In this document: piece after piece, positions 21,339 to 32,167 of the stretch
Numbering within the stretch: position 1 is the first letter of the stretch
Layout of the letters: the number at the start of each line of letters is the position of its first letter
Assembly: GCA_965217185.1 (NCBI GenBank)
Contig: OZ244252.1
Span: 576,001-640,000 of the forward strand
DNA length: 64,000 nucleotides
Source: an uncultured Candidatus Entotheonella sp.
GTDB lineage: Bacteria; Tectomicrobia; Entotheonellia; Entotheonellales; Entotheonellaceae
Reading direction: 5' to 3'
Made by a program: the position numbers and the translations under genes
Notes under the pieces: model-generated
What the model was told of the DNA's origin: nothing
What the model saw: the letters and a program-made list of their open reading frames with translations, nothing else
Database searches by the model: none

Positions 21339-23113
21339 GCGCCCTGCACCCCGCATTCGTGCTGTTCGTGACCGCCTGTGTGGCGATGGCTGCGCGCGGT
21401 GTCCTGCGGCAGATCGTTCTGCTGGCCGGGACGCTGGCAACGCTTTGGGCGACATGGGAACTCGACGCCGCCGCCAGCTTGTCGTGGGCGCTGCCCAACT
21501 ACACGCTGCACGTGTTGCACGTGGACGCCCTGAGCCACGTGTTCGGCCTTATCTTCAGTCTGATTGCCTGCATCGGCGTTCTGTACGCCTTGCACGTGCG
21601 GCGCGGCGGCGAGCACGCCGCCACCCTGGTCTACGCCGGCGGCGGCCTCGGGGTGGTGTTCGCCGGCGACTGGATCACGCTGTTCGTCTTTTGGGAGCTG
21701 ATGGCGGTGGCGTCGCTGTTCGTGGTGTGGTTTGGGGGCACGGCGAAGTCGCAGGCGGCCGGATACCGCTATTTGCTGGTGCACATTTTCGGCGGCTCGC
21801 TGTTGTTCTGCGGGATTTTGCTCCACCTGCTCCATGGCGGTGAGGTCAATCTGGCGGCCCTGACGCAAAGCGAGACGCCGGACGCGGCGTTCTGGCTCAT
21901 TCTGCTGGGTGTGGTGATCAACGCTGCGGTGCCGCCGCTGCACGCCTGGCTGACGGATGCCTATCCGGAAGCCTCGGTCACCGGCAGCGTGTTCCTCAGC
22001 GCCTTCACCACCAAGACGGCGGTTTACGTGCTCATCCGCCTCTTTCCGGGCGCCGAGGTCCTGTTGTGGGCGGGGGTGGTCATGACCCTGTATGGCGTGG
22101 TCTACGCCATCCTCGAAAACGATATCCGCCGGCTGCTGGCCTACCACATCGTCAGCCAGGTCGGCTACATGGTGGCAGCGGTGGGCATGGGCACGGCGCT
22201 GGCCCTGAACGGCAGCGGCGCGCATGCTTTCTGCCACATCCTCTACAAAGCACTGCTGTTCATGGGCGCCGGGGCGGTGATCCAGGCGACCGGCAAACGC
22301 AAGCTGAGCGATCTTGGCGGCCTGAGCGGCACCATGCCGCTCGTTTTCGGCCTGTACATGGTGGCCGCGCTGTCGATTTCCGGCGTGCCGCTGTTCAACG
22401 GCTTCACCAGCAAGTCGATGATCGTCTCAGCTGCCGCCGAAGCGCATCTGCCGCTGCCGGAATTGCTGCTGACGTTGGCAGGCGTGGGCACCTTTCTGAG
22501 CGTCGGGCTGAAGCTGCCGTATTTCACCTTCATGGGCGGCGACCGCGGCTTGTCGCCGCAGCGCCTGCCCCTCAACATGCTCCTGGCGATGGCCGTGGGC
22601 GCCTTCTTCTGCGTCTGGCTGGGCCTCTTCCCGCAGGCGCTATACGCGCGGCTGCCGTTTGCCGCCGAGTACCATCCGTTTACCGTCGATCACGTCGTTT
22701 CGTCGCTACAACTGCTGATCGGCACGGGGCTCGCCTTCTGGTGGCTGCTGGACCGGTTCCATCGCGAGACGACGGTGACTCTCGACACGGACTGGTTCTA
22801 CCGCCGGCCGCTTCAAGCCATCTTCGCTCATCTAATCGCCCTTGCGCGACAGGCCGGGACCGTCTTGGAAGCCTCCCGTGCGCGCGTTTTGCAGATGTTG
22901 CTGCCCTATGCCCGCAATCCGTATCTCGTGCCCGACAGGCTCACTGGTGCCCCCCTGCGGCTCCCACCTATTGCCGACGAAGCGTCGCCCGGCGGTGCCA
23001 CGCCGGCCCTGACGTACGACGAGAATCGCTACCGCCTGCCGATCGGTGCTACGGTGATGTGGATCGTAGTGTTCCTTGCTGGCCTGGCGCTGGTTGTCTT
23101 CGTCGCGGCGTAG
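21335..23113 (+). CDS. Na+/H+ antiporter subunit D-like (copy 3)
   Basis: FVFWELMA, PPLHAWLTDAYPEA, RRLLAYHIVSQVGYM, LDTDWFYR. Confidence 0.9.
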   Translation: MSALHPAFVLFVTACVAMAARGVLRQIVLLAGTLATLWATWELDAAASLSWALPNYTLHVLHVDALSHVFGLIFSLIACIGVLYALHVRRGGEHAATLVYAGGGLGVVFAGDWITLFVFWELMAVASLFVVWFGGTAKSQAAGYRYLLVHIFGGSLLFCGILLHLLHGGEVNLAALTQSETPDAAFWLILLGVVINAAVPPLHAWLTDAYPEASVTGSVFLSAFTTKTAVYVLIRLFPGAEVLLWAGVVMTLYGVVYAILENDIRRLLAYHIVSQVGYMVAAVGMGTALALNGSGAHAFCHILYKALLFMGAGAVIQATGKRKLSDLGGLSGTMPLVFGLYMVAALSISGVPLFNGFTSKSMIVSAAAEAHLPLPELLLTLAGVGTFLSVGLKLPYFTFMGGDRGLSPQRLPLNMLLAMAVGAFFCVWLGLFPQALYARLPFAAEYHPFTVDHVVSSLQLLIGTGLAFWWLLDRFHRETTVTLDTDWFYRRPLQAIFAHLIALARQAGTVLEASRARVLQMLLPYARNPYLVPDRLTGAPLRLPPIADEASPGGATPALTYDENRYRLPIGATVMWIVVFLAGLALVVFVAA

Positions 23114-23199
23114 ACCTGGACAAGGTCCTTTTTAATGGGCTACCATGCTCCGCTTCAAGCCCTTCAGAGACGTCCATCCTCCCCGTAGAGAACGCCCCT

Positions 23200-23751
23200 A
23201 TGGCTGTTTCAACGAAGTTGATGACCGCCGATGAACTCCTCAAGTTGCCCGACGACGGCAAGCGTTATGAGTTGCTAGAAGGGGTCTTGAACGAGATGTC
23301 GCCGGCAGGAGCCGCACACGGATTCGTGGCATTGAATGCAGCCGTAATTCTGCGACAATTCGTGCAATCGCGGGGACTGGGAGCGGCTTTTGCTGCCGAA
23401 ACAGGGTTCGTTATTTCGACTGACCCCGATACGGTCCGCGCCCCCGATGCTGCCTTCGTTGCCGCTGACCGGTTGCCGGCAGGCGATCTTCCCACTGGTT
23501 ATCTGCGGTTGGCGCCCGACTTCGTGGTTGAAGTCGTTTCCCCCTCGGACACCGCATCCGAGCTGCAGAGCAAGGTCTGCACCTGGCTTGATGCCGGGTG
23601 CCGGCTGGTGTGGGTCGTGTACCCCGCCACGCGGTCGGTCACGGTCTACCGGTTCAGGGACGACGTGCGGGTACTGGGGGAAAAGGATATCCTGGACGGC
23701 AGCCCGGTATTCCACGGATTTAGCGCCGAGGTGCGCGACTTGTTTCGTTAA
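23200..23751 (+). CDS. Uma2 family (DUF820) PD-(D/E)XK endonuclease
   Basis: MTADELL..PDDGKRYEL, VRAPDAAFV, APDFVVEVVSPSD, LVWVVYP. Confidence 0.9.
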   Translation: MAVSTKLMTADELLKLPDDGKRYELLEGVLNEMSPAGAAHGFVALNAAVILRQFVQSRGLGAAFAAETGFVISTDPDTVRAPDAAFVAADRLPAGDLPTGYLRLAPDFVVEVVSPSDTASELQSKVCTWLDAGCRLVWVVYPATRSVTVYRFRDDVRVLGEKDILDGSPVFHGFSAEVRDLFR

Positions 23752-23787
23752 CCTGCATCCTGATCTGCAAAAAGGAGCCCTTACGCC

Positions 23788-25002
23788 ATGGCGCAAAGCA
23801 CCGCGTTAGCGGGTATCAAAGTTCTTGATTTGACACAATTCGAGGCCGGGACCTCGTGCACCGAGGCGCTCGCCTGGCTGGGCGCCGACATTATCAAGGT
23901 CGAGAATCCTGACGGCGGCGACCAGGGGCGTAGTGCGTCCACCGACCAGGATGGCGTTGATTCACCTTATTTCATGCTGCTCAACGCCAACAAGCGCAGC
24001 ATTACCCTGAACCTGCGCACCTCCCGCGGCCGCGAGTTGTTCACGGAGATGCTGAAAAAAGCCGACATCATGATCGAGAATTTCGCCCCTGGAACGATCG
24101 AACGGCTGGGCTTTGGCTTTGACGCGGTGCAGGAGATCAACCCGCGTGTCATCTACGCGCAGATCAAGGGTTTTGGGCCGGGGCCGTACGAGAATTACGT
24201 CAGTTTCGACATGATCGCGCAGTCTGCGGGCGGTTCGCTGAGCCTGACCGGCACGCCGGAGACGGAACCGCTGAAGCCGGGTCCGACCATCGGCGATACC
24301 GGCACCGGGTTGCACTGCGCCATCGGCGTTCTGGCGGCGCTGCACCAGCGACAGCAAACCGGCAAGGGCCAGCGCATCCAGGTGGCCATGCAGGACGCCG
24401 TGATCAACTTCAGCCGCATCGCCTTCGCCCGCCAGGCGTTGAGCGGCGAGGCCGCCGTCAGGTCGGGCAACCGCAGCGCCCTCGGCACCACGGCCCCTAG
24501 CGGGCTCTACCCCTGCAAGGGCGACGGGCTGAACGACTACTGTTTCATTTACACCAGCCGCGCCGGCAATCGGCACTGGGACCGGCTGCTGAAGGCCATC
24601 GCCCGCGAGGACCTGATCGGCGACGAGCGGTTCAATTCGCCGCAGAAGCGCTGGGCCAATCACGACGAGGTGGACCGCCTGTTGACCGAATTCACCCAGA
24701 GCCGCACCAAGCGGGAAGTCATGCAGACGCTGGGCGACGCCGGGGTTCCCGCCGGCGCGGTGTATGACACGCTGGAATTGACCGAGGACCAGGCCCTGCA
24801 GGACCGGGAAATGATCGTGACTGTGGATCACCCCGAGCGGGGCAAATTCACCCTGCCGGGATGGCCGGTCAAGATGTCCGATTCCCACGTCGAGGTCGAT
24901 CGCTCCCCGCTGCTTGGCGAGCACAACGCCGAGGTCTATGCCGAATGGCTGGGCCTGTCGCCGGACGACCTGCAAGGCTTGAAGTCGCAGGACGTCATCT
25001 GA
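23788..25002 (+). CDS. CoA transferase family III (CaiB/BaiF, formyl-CoA transferase-like)
   Basis: LAGIKVLDLTQFEAG, NANKRSITLNL, ENFAPG, IGDTGTG, PLLGEHN. Confidence 0.92.
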   Translation: MAQSTALAGIKVLDLTQFEAGTSCTEALAWLGADIIKVENPDGGDQGRSASTDQDGVDSPYFMLLNANKRSITLNLRTSRGRELFTEMLKKADIMIENFAPGTIERLGFGFDAVQEINPRVIYAQIKGFGPGPYENYVSFDMIAQSAGGSLSLTGTPETEPLKPGPTIGDTGTGLHCAIGVLAALHQRQQTGKGQRIQVAMQDAVINFSRIAFARQALSGEAAVRSGNRSALGTTAPSGLYPCKGDGLNDYCFIYTSRAGNRHWDRLLKAIAREDLIGDERFNSPQKRWANHDEVDRLLTEFTQSRTKREVMQTLGDAGVPAGAVYDTLELTEDQALQDREMIVTVDHPERGKFTLPGWPVKMSDSHVEVDRSPLLGEHNAEVYAEWLGLSPDDLQGLKSQDVI

Positions 25003-25005
25003 GTT

Positions 25006-26157
25006 TTACGGCGCCGCCTCGTCCCCGCGGCGCCACACGGTGATGAGCGCCACGGCCATCATGGCGCTCGTGGTAACCAATGGAAATCCCACCGCGCCCA
25101 TCAGGGCAATGGCCGTGCCCGCCAACGGCCCGCCGGACAGCGTGCCCAGTTCCCAGATCAGGATGAAGGCCGCGTTTGCCGCGGCCATGCCGCCGCTTTG
25201 GAAACGGTTGCCCAAGAGCGTCAGCCCTACCGTGTAGAGGCCCAGGCTGATGCCGCCGCCGCAAAATGCCAGTGCGTACAGCGGCACCGTCGTCTGGATG
25301 AAAGCGTGCATGAGCACGCCGGACCCGGCTGCTGCCAAGGCCATGTAAACGGGCAGCCGGTGTCGGTCGAAGCGATCCACGGCCCACCCGATCGGCGCTT
25401 GCAAGAGTACCCCACCTATCAGATAGGCGGCGTTCAGCCACACCGCTTCCCCCTGCGTCAGCCCGGCGCTCACCCCGTAAAACGCCATGAGCACCAAGGC
25501 CGAGCCCTGCGCGATGCCCATCATCAGTGCTGAGGCCATCAGTCTTGGCGCTTGTTGTACCCGGATGAACAGGCCGGCCGTCGGCATGCCGCTCGTCGAC
25601 GGGGCGCCCTTGCGCCCGAGGGGAATCAGGATCGTTGCCGCGACCGACAGGGCGATCATGATGAAGAAGGGGCGATTACCGCTCAGGTCCAGGAAATCGA
25701 GGGACGCGGAGCCGGCCGCAGTGCCGCCGATGAAGCAGGCCACGTAGAGCGACAGAATGCGCCCGCGGCGGGCGTCGGTCGCGACCTGATTGATCCAGCT
25801 TTCACTCGATATCCAGTGCAGGGCGAGCCCAATTCCGGCGATAAACCGGCAGGCCGTCCAGGCGCCGAACCCTTGCCACCACATCATGCCGAGCAGGGCA
25901 ATGGCAAACAGGATGGCGCCTACGCCGATGGCCACCGGGTAGCCGATGCGCCTGAGAATGCGGGTGGTGACGGATGCGATGCCCAGAACCGCCACGGAGG
26001 AGGCGGCTGCGTTCAACCCGATCAGTCCTGCGGGAACGCCGAGTTCGTGCAGACGCAGCGGAACCAGCGGCAGGAACATGCCGACGGCAAACCCGAGCAG
26101 CACGTTGTTGAGCAGCACCGCTGCAATACCACGGGTTTGCTGGGAGAGGGGTGCCAT
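25006..26157 (-). CDS. MFS transporter
   Basis: About 12 TM segments, ESWINQ..TDARRGR, GWAVDRFDR. Confidence 0.85.
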   Translation of the reverse strand: MAPLSQQTRGIAAVLLNNVLLGFAVGMFLPLVPLRLHELGVPAGLIGLNAAASSVAVLGIASVTTRILRRIGYPVAIGVGAILFAIALLGMMWWQGFGAWTACRFIAGIGLALHWISSESWINQVATDARRGRILSLYVACFIGGTAAGSASLDFLDLSGNRPFFIMIALSVAATILIPLGRKGAPSTSGMPTAGLFIRVQQAPRLMASALMMGIAQGSALVLMAFYGVSAGLTQGEAVWLNAAYLIGGVLLQAPIGWAVDRFDRHRLPVYMALAAAGSGVLMHAFIQTTVPLYALAFCGGGISLGLYTVGLTLLGNRFQSGGMAAANAAFILIWELGTLSGGPLAGTAIALMGAVGFPLVTTSAMMAVALITVWRRGDEAAP

Positions 26158-26306
26158 GCGCACCAGCCTACCACAATTACCGGCGGCGAACCCGCAGCTG
26201 ACCGGCCGCGCAAACGTGCTATGCTGGCGAGGCGTATACCAGAGAGCATGCAGGCCATAAATTGATGGTCGGCGTAGCCGATAACGGTGAGGAAAGGGGA
26301 GAGTAG

Positions 26307-27095
26307 GTGGCACGATTGGCCGGTAAAGTGGCGGTGATAACGGGCGGGGCGGGCGGCATCGGCCGGGCCGTGGGCGGACTTTTCGCTGCGGAAGGCGCCC
26401 GGGTGCTGTTGGTGGACGTTAACGAAGGGGCGCTGCAGCAGGCCGTGGGTGACATCTCGGGGGACACCGTCAGCTATGCGGTGGCGGATACAACGCAGCC
26501 CGATTCGGTGCGTCAATTCTTCCAGGTGGCCGTTGAGCGATACGGCGGCGTAGACGTTTTCCTGGCCAACGCCGGTGTCGAGGGCGAGATCCATGCCATC
26601 CCGGATTACCCGGTCGAGGTGTTTGATCACGTCATGGCGGTCAACGTGCGCGCCGTCTGGCTGGGTGTCAGAGCTGCCATTCCTTTGATGCGCCAGCGGG
26701 GCGGCGGCAGTATCGTGATCACCTCATCGGTCGCCGGCATCCGCGGCTCCGTGGGCATGTCGGCCTACACGACCAGCAAGCACGCCGTCATTGGCCTCAT
26801 GCGCACCGCAGCGCTGGAGTGCGCTGCCGACGGCATTCGGGTGAACACCGTCAATCCGGCGCCCATCGAAACCCGCATGATGCGTTCTCTCGAAGAAATG
26901 CGCACCTCGCGGCTCGGCACCGATGCAACCGTGGAGAGCGTCAAGGCGTCGCATGCCGCGCGCATTCCGTTGCGGCGCTACGGCGACCCTGATGAAGTTG
27001 CGCGGTTGATGCTGTTTCTGGCCAGCGACGAAAGCCGCTTCTGCACGGGCGGCGTGTACATGGTGGACGGCGGTTCTTCGGCTGGCATGGTTTAG
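26307..27095 (+). CDS. Short-chain dehydrogenase/reductase
   Basis: TGGAGGIG, NAG, YTTSK. Confidence 0.93.
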   Translation: MARLAGKVAVITGGAGGIGRAVGGLFAAEGARVLLVDVNEGALQQAVGDISGDTVSYAVADTTQPDSVRQFFQVAVERYGGVDVFLANAGVEGEIHAIPDYPVEVFDHVMAVNVRAVWLGVRAAIPLMRQRGGGSIVITSSVAGIRGSVGMSAYTTSKHAVIGLMRTAALECAADGIRVNTVNPAPIETRMMRSLEEMRTSRLGTDATVESVKASHAARIPLRRYGDPDEVARLMLFLASDESRFCTGGVYMVDGGSSAGMV

Positions 27096-27184
27096 GGCGC
27101 TGGTGCTAGAATGCGCGTTATGATCCGCAAATCACACACTCAGAGACCATTTCCCGGGCTGTCCTGCCCCGTTGGGTCACCGTA

Positions 27185-28468
27185 ATGCGCCGCAGGATGG
27201 CTACCGCTTTAGCGATTGTGCTTGTTGTTGGAGCCGCCGTTCTCGCATACACCTATCTGTCACCTACTCCCACAGCCGACAGTCCCGCCGCTGCCCAGCA
27301 GCCTCCGGCCGTCAAACCGTTTCCTGTCCAGACCGTCATCGCCCGACGCGGCACCCTGATCCAGTCCATTGCGGCCACGGGCGACATCCTGGCGGAGGCG
27401 CGCGTCGAGGTGTTTCCGCAAATCGCCGGGCATCTTGAGGAGTTGAGTGTCGAGGAGGGTGATCCGGTGCGTGCCGGCCAGATGATCGCCCGTATTGCCA
27501 ATGCCGAGTATCAGGCTCGAGTGGCCCGGGCTGCCGCGGAGGTTGACGCGCTACAGGCGGAGTGGGCGCAGATGCAGTCCGGCGCGCTGCCGGAGGAAAT
27601 CGCCCAGGCGGTCGATGCGGTCGAACACAGCCGCGCCGAATTGGCCAACGCCGAGGGATTCGCCGAACGCACGCGCGGCATGGTCGAGCGCGGCCTGCAA
27701 CCCACCCAGGAACTTGAGGACGCCACACGCCGGCTGCGCCAGGCGGGTGCCATGCACAACAGCGCCAGCCAGCGCCTGCAATTGCTCCGCACCGGGGCGC
27801 GCAGCGAAGCCCGCCAAGCCCTGCAAGCCCGCATTCGTGCCGCGCAGGCCGAGCATGAGCTGGCAACCATCGAACTGCAGCACACCGTCATTACCTCTCC
27901 CATGGACGGCATCGTCAGCCACCGCCACGTCGACACCGGCGCCTACGTGACGACAACCGAACCGCCCGTCGTGACCATCGAAGCGATGCAGACCGTGAAG
28001 ATTGAGATGCCCATTAGCGAGCGGGATATCGTGGCCGTGCGTCCGGGCCATAAGGCGCTGATTCAAGTGGATGCGTACGCCGACGAGCCGTTTCCGGGCA
28101 CGGTGCGGCGCCTCGGCCCGACCGTCGATCTGAGCAGCCGCAGCGGCGAGGTGGAGATCGTCCTGGCGAATCCCGACTATCGCCTCAAGCCGGGGATGTT
28201 TGCGAAGGTGACGTTGATCCTGGCCGAACGCGAGGATGTCGTGATCGTCCCGCGTGATGCCTTGCGGCCGGCCGGGGCCGAGACGGCGGTGTTTGTCGTT
28301 CGGGACGGCATGGCGTATCGACAGCCGGTCAGTACGGGCCTGATGAACGATACGCTGGTGGAGATTCGCGACGGCTTGGCGGCGGGGGACGAGGTAGTGC
28401 TGTCCGGGCACAACAGCCTGTATGATCAGGCGCCGGTTAACGTCGTGCAGTCGCAGGAACAGGGCTGA
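27185..28468 (+). CDS. RND efflux periplasmic adaptor subunit
   Basis: N-terminal TM, lipoyl halves VEEGDPVRAGQ / ITSPMDGIV, long coiled coil, LKPGMFA. Confidence 0.9.
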   Translation: MRRRMATALAIVLVVGAAVLAYTYLSPTPTADSPAAAQQPPAVKPFPVQTVIARRGTLIQSIAATGDILAEARVEVFPQIAGHLEELSVEEGDPVRAGQMIARIANAEYQARVARAAAEVDALQAEWAQMQSGALPEEIAQAVDAVEHSRAELANAEGFAERTRGMVERGLQPTQELEDATRRLRQAGAMHNSASQRLQLLRTGARSEARQALQARIRAAQAEHELATIELQHTVITSPMDGIVSHRHVDTGAYVTTTEPPVVTIEAMQTVKIEMPISERDIVAVRPGHKALIQVDAYADEPFPGTVRRLGPTVDLSSRSGEVEIVLANPDYRLKPGMFAKVTLILAEREDVVIVPRDALRPAGAETAVFVVRDGMAYRQPVSTGLMNDTLVEIRDGLAAGDEVVLSGHNSLYDQAPVNVVQSQEQG

Positions 28469-28497
28469 CGAACTGCTGAGCAGGGAGGGGACGAGGC

Positions 28498-31400
28498 ATG
28501 AAACTTTCCGCGCTTGCCGTGGCGCGACCGGTTACCACCGGGATGTTCTTCCTGGCCGTGCTGGTGCTCGGCCTCATCTCGTTCTCGCGCCTGGCGGTCG
28601 ATCAACTCCCCGACATCATGCGACCCTCGGTAACGGTGACCACGACTTATGAGGGCGCCGCGCCAGACATCGTGGAACGCCAAGTCACCAACCCGCTGGA
28701 AAAGGTGCTGGCGACCATTAACAACGTCAAGTCCGTGCGCTCCTCATCCAGCGAGGACAGCTCGAAAATCACCCTCGACTTCAACTGGGACACCGACGTC
28801 GACCTGGCGGCCCTGGAGGTGCGCGAAAAGGTCAACGATACCCTGCGCCTCCTGCCCGAAGAGATCGACCCGCCCCGCATCAGCAAATTCGACCCTTCCA
28901 GTTGGCACATCATCTACCTCAATCTCACGGCCGGCGGCGCTTTGGATCCGATCGCCCTCCGGCACTACGCGGAAACGACGCTGCTGTACCAGCTTCAGCA
29001 AATCGCCGGGGTGGCGTCCGTGGATATCTGGGGCGGCGACCAACGCGAGATTCAGGTGCTGATCGACCGCAACCGCTTGGCCGCCACGGGTATTCCCCTG
29101 CAACGCGTCGTCGAGGTGGTGGGCGCCGAGAACGTCACCAAGGTCGGCGGGCATCTGGAGAGCGGGCGCACCGATTACGTGGTGCGGCCGCTGGGCGAAT
29201 TCGAGCGGGTAGAGGATATCCGCGACGTCATCCTGAGCCACGACGGTGCCTCGCCGGTGTATCTCAAGGATGTCGCCGAGGTGCACGATGGGATGAAGGA
29301 GCGCCTCACGAGCACCCGGGTCAATCGCATCCCCGGGCTCGTCATGGCGATCCGCAAGCAGTCGGGCACCAACACGGTGGAGGTGTCGGACCTCATCCAG
29401 GGGCGCCTGCCCGTCCTTCGGCAGCAGTTGCCGCCGACCATGCAGTTGCACCTGCTGTTCGACCGCGCCGCTTTCATCCGGCGCTCCATCGCCCAAGTGG
29501 AGAGAAGCGCGATCATCGGCGCCTGCATCGCCGTCGTCATCCTGCTGATGTTCCTGCGCAGCCTGCGCCCCACGATCATCATTGCCTTCGCCATTCCGCT
29601 GGCGGTGGTGGCGACGTTCATCCTGCTCTACCAGGTCGACATCAGCCTCAACTGGATGTCGCTGGGCGGCCTGGCCCTGGGCATCGGCATGGTGGTGGAC
29701 AATTCCGTCGTGGTGCTGGAGAACATCTTTCGCCACCGTCAGCAGGGCACGGACCGCCGCGAGGCCGCGGTGGTGGGGAGCCGCGAGGTCGGCATGGCGA
29801 TCATCGCGTCGACCCTGACGACGCTGTGCGTGTTTTTCCCGCTCGTTTTCATGCAGGGCATGATGGGCATCGTGTTCCAGGAACTCGCCCTGACGGTGGC
29901 CTTCGCCCTGGTGACGTCATTGCTCGTGGCGCTGACGCTGGTGCCGATGCTGTGCGCCAAGTGGCTGACCCGCCCGCTGCGGGAAGGCCCGCCGGAGGGG
30001 GCGACTTATGGCCTGGACGTGGCGTGGCGTTCGGTGCTCGTAGCCATCGAGCGCGCCTACGGTGCGACGTTGCATGTCGCGCTGCGTCACCGGCCGACCG
30101 TGCTCGTCCTGTGCGCCTGCGTCCTGGGCGGCACCTGGACGCTTTATTCCGGCCTGGGCTCGGAACTGCTGCCGTCGGTGGACGAAGGCATGATGTATAT
30201 CCGCCTTGAAATGCCGGTGGGTACCAAGCTGGACATTACCGACGACATCATGGCCGACATCGAGACCAAGGTGTACAACGAGGCGCCCGACGTGCAGGCG
30301 ATGTTCGTGCGCTCCGGCCTGGGGTTCCGGGGCGGCGGCGGCACCCACACCGGTTTTCTGTGGGCGCGCCTGATCGACCGCTCGCAGCGCCAGGAATCAT
30401 TGAAGGATGTCTTGGCGGTGCTGGAGGAGCAGTTGTCGAATTACCCCGACGGCAAGGTGCGGATCATGGAGCGTCCCTCCGACGTCGCCCGCCTCCTCGG
30501 CTCGGGGCGTTCGGAGCGCTTGGAGGTTGACGTGTACGGCTTTGACCTCGGGCGTGGCCGTGCCCTGGCGCAACAACTGGCCGACAAGATCGAGGCCGTT
30601 GAGGGCGTTTCCTACGTGCGCCTGAACATCGACGACAGCCGCCCGGAGATGCAGATCAGCATCGACCGTCAAAAGGCGGCGGCGCTGCAGATCAGCACCC
30701 ACGCCATCTTGCAGGCCATCGAAACTGGCATCGCCGGCACAATAGCCTCCAAATACCGCGAGGGCCGCCACGAATACGACATCCGGGTGCGTCTGCGCCC
30801 CGAGGACCGTCAGGAACTGGCTGACTTGGAACGAATCTTCGTCGCTACGCCCGGCGGCCAGCAGGTGCCGCTGCGCAACCTGACGGCGACGCGGGCGGAC
30901 AAGGGGCCGGTGGTTATTGAGCGGCGCAACCAGGAACGGGCGGTGACGATCCAGGCGGGCATGACGGGCACGCGCGACTTTGGCAGCCTGGCCACCGAGA
31001 TCGAGGAACTCCTCGCGGCTACGGCCGTCCCGGAAGGATTTTACGTGAAGATGGGTGGTGAGCGGGAGGAACAGCGCGAGGCCAACCGCAATGTGAACCT
31101 GATCGTCGTGCTGGCGGTTCTGCTGGTCTACATGATCATGGCGGCGCTGTTCGAGTCGCTCCTGCACCCGTTCGTCATTCTGCTGGCCATTCCGTTCGCC
31201 GCGGTCGGCGGCATCCTGACGCTGTGGCTGACCGGCACCAACGTCAGCATGCCGGTATGGATCGGCGGCATCATGCTGGTGGGTGTCGCGGTCAACAACG
31301 GTATCATCATGGTCGATTACACCAACCAACTGCGGCAGCGTGGCTTCGACGTCATGGAAGCCACCTGGCGGGGGGCCGTCACGCGCTTGCGCCCGGTGCT

Positions 31401-31629
31401 GATCACCACGCTCACTACCGCCCTGGCCCTGCTGCCCCTGGCTATCGGCTTCGGCGAAGGCGGCGAAATCTGGGCGCCCCTGGGCCGCGTCGTCGTCGGC
31501 GGGCTGTCCGTCGCCGCGCTGTTCACCCTGTTTCTCGTTCCCACCCTGTACAGCCTCATCGAGGAGCGCCGCGCTCGTCGTCTTGCTGCCCAAACTGCGG
31601 ATGATCCCGAGGTTGCCTTGGCAGATTGA
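28498..31629 (+). CDS. RND efflux permease (AcrB/HAE1 family)
   Basis: 1043 aa, GMVVDNSVVVLENI, RLRPVLITTLTT. Confidence 0.95.
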   Translation: MKLSALAVARPVTTGMFFLAVLVLGLISFSRLAVDQLPDIMRPSVTVTTTYEGAAPDIVERQVTNPLEKVLATINNVKSVRSSSSEDSSKITLDFNWDTDVDLAALEVREKVNDTLRLLPEEIDPPRISKFDPSSWHIIYLNLTAGGALDPIALRHYAETTLLYQLQQIAGVASVDIWGGDQREIQVLIDRNRLAATGIPLQRVVEVVGAENVTKVGGHLESGRTDYVVRPLGEFERVEDIRDVILSHDGASPVYLKDVAEVHDGMKERLTSTRVNRIPGLVMAIRKQSGTNTVEVSDLIQGRLPVLRQQLPPTMQLHLLFDRAAFIRRSIAQVERSAIIGACIAVVILLMFLRSLRPTIIIAFAIPLAVVATFILLYQVDISLNWMSLGGLALGIGMVVDNSVVVLENIFRHRQQGTDRREAAVVGSREVGMAIIASTLTTLCVFFPLVFMQGMMGIVFQELALTVAFALVTSLLVALTLVPMLCAKWLTRPLREGPPEGATYGLDVAWRSVLVAIERAYGATLHVALRHRPTVLVLCACVLGGTWTLYSGLGSELLPSVDEGMMYIRLEMPVGTKLDITDDIMADIETKVYNEAPDVQAMFVRSGLGFRGGGGTHTGFLWARLIDRSQRQESLKDVLAVLEEQLSNYPDGKVRIMERPSDVARLLGSGRSERLEVDVYGFDLGRGRALAQQLADKIEAVEGVSYVRLNIDDSRPEMQISIDRQKAAALQISTHAILQAIETGIAGTIASKYREGRHEYDIRVRLRPEDRQELADLERIFVATPGGQQVPLRNLTATRADKGPVVIERRNQERAVTIQAGMTGTRDFGSLATEIEELLAATAVPEGFYVKMGGEREEQREANRNVNLIVVLAVLLVYMIMAALFESLLHPFVILLAIPFAAVGGILTLWLTGTNVSMPVWIGGIMLVGVAVNNGIIMVDYTNQLRQRGFDVMEATWRGAVTRLRPVLITTLTTALALLPLAIGFGEGGEIWAPLGRVVVGGLSVAALFTLFLVPTLYSLIEERRARRLAAQTADDPEVALAD

Positions 31630-31645
31630 GGGTCTGGAGGCTTCT

Positions 31646-32128
31646 TTGACGATTTATTACTTGGAGATGACCGCTCCGGCGCAGTTGCTGCCGTCGCCTC
31701 GGGTGGTGGAGGCTTTTGAGATTAAACGGTCGCAGATACCGTATGGTGCTGTGAATCGTTTCTTTTACCAGACCGTCGGGGCGGCTTGGCAATGGACGGA
31801 CCGCTTGCCCTGGACGGATGAAGACTGGCAAGCCTATGCCGAGCGTCCGGGACTGGAGACGTGGATCGGCTACGTGCAGGGAACCCCGGCAGGGTACTTT
31901 GAATTGGCGCATCAGGATGCGGCCCAAGTGGAGATAGCGATGTTTGGCTTGCTGCCGCCTTTTATCGGGCGCGGCGTGGGTGGCGTTCTATTGACAGCCG
32001 CGTTGCGGCGCGCTTGGGAAGAGGGGACGCGGCGGGTGTGGCTGCACACCGCTACGTCGGATCACCCACACGCCTTGGCCAATTATCAGGCCCGTGGGAT
32101 GCAGGTTTGCAAGACTGAGACGGCGTGA
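31646..32128 (+). CDS. GNAT family N-acetyltransferase
   Basis: TTG start with GGAGG RBS; FGLLPPFIGRGVGG motif A, VWLHT..DHP.ALANYQARG. Confidence 0.85.
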   Translation: MTIYYLEMTAPAQLLPSPRVVEAFEIKRSQIPYGAVNRFFYQTVGAAWQWTDRLPWTDEDWQAYAERPGLETWIGYVQGTPAGYFELAHQDAAQVEIAMFGLLPPFIGRGVGGVLLTAALRRAWEEGTRRVWLHTATSDHPHALANYQARGMQVCKTETA

Positions 32129-32167
32129 GGAAGATCAAGAGCACCTGACCCTCCTGACGGGGTGGAA

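Noticed and set aside
15648..23113. Membrane-bound hydrogenase or complex I
   Set aside because: No NiFe, Fe-S or NuoH-like subunits are present; only antiporter modules
18030..23199. Long alternative-frame ORFs (548, 587 and 561 aa) over the Mrp operon
   Set aside because: Arg/Ala/Gly-rich shadow frames; only the last 183 aa of the 561-aa ORF (Uma2) are real
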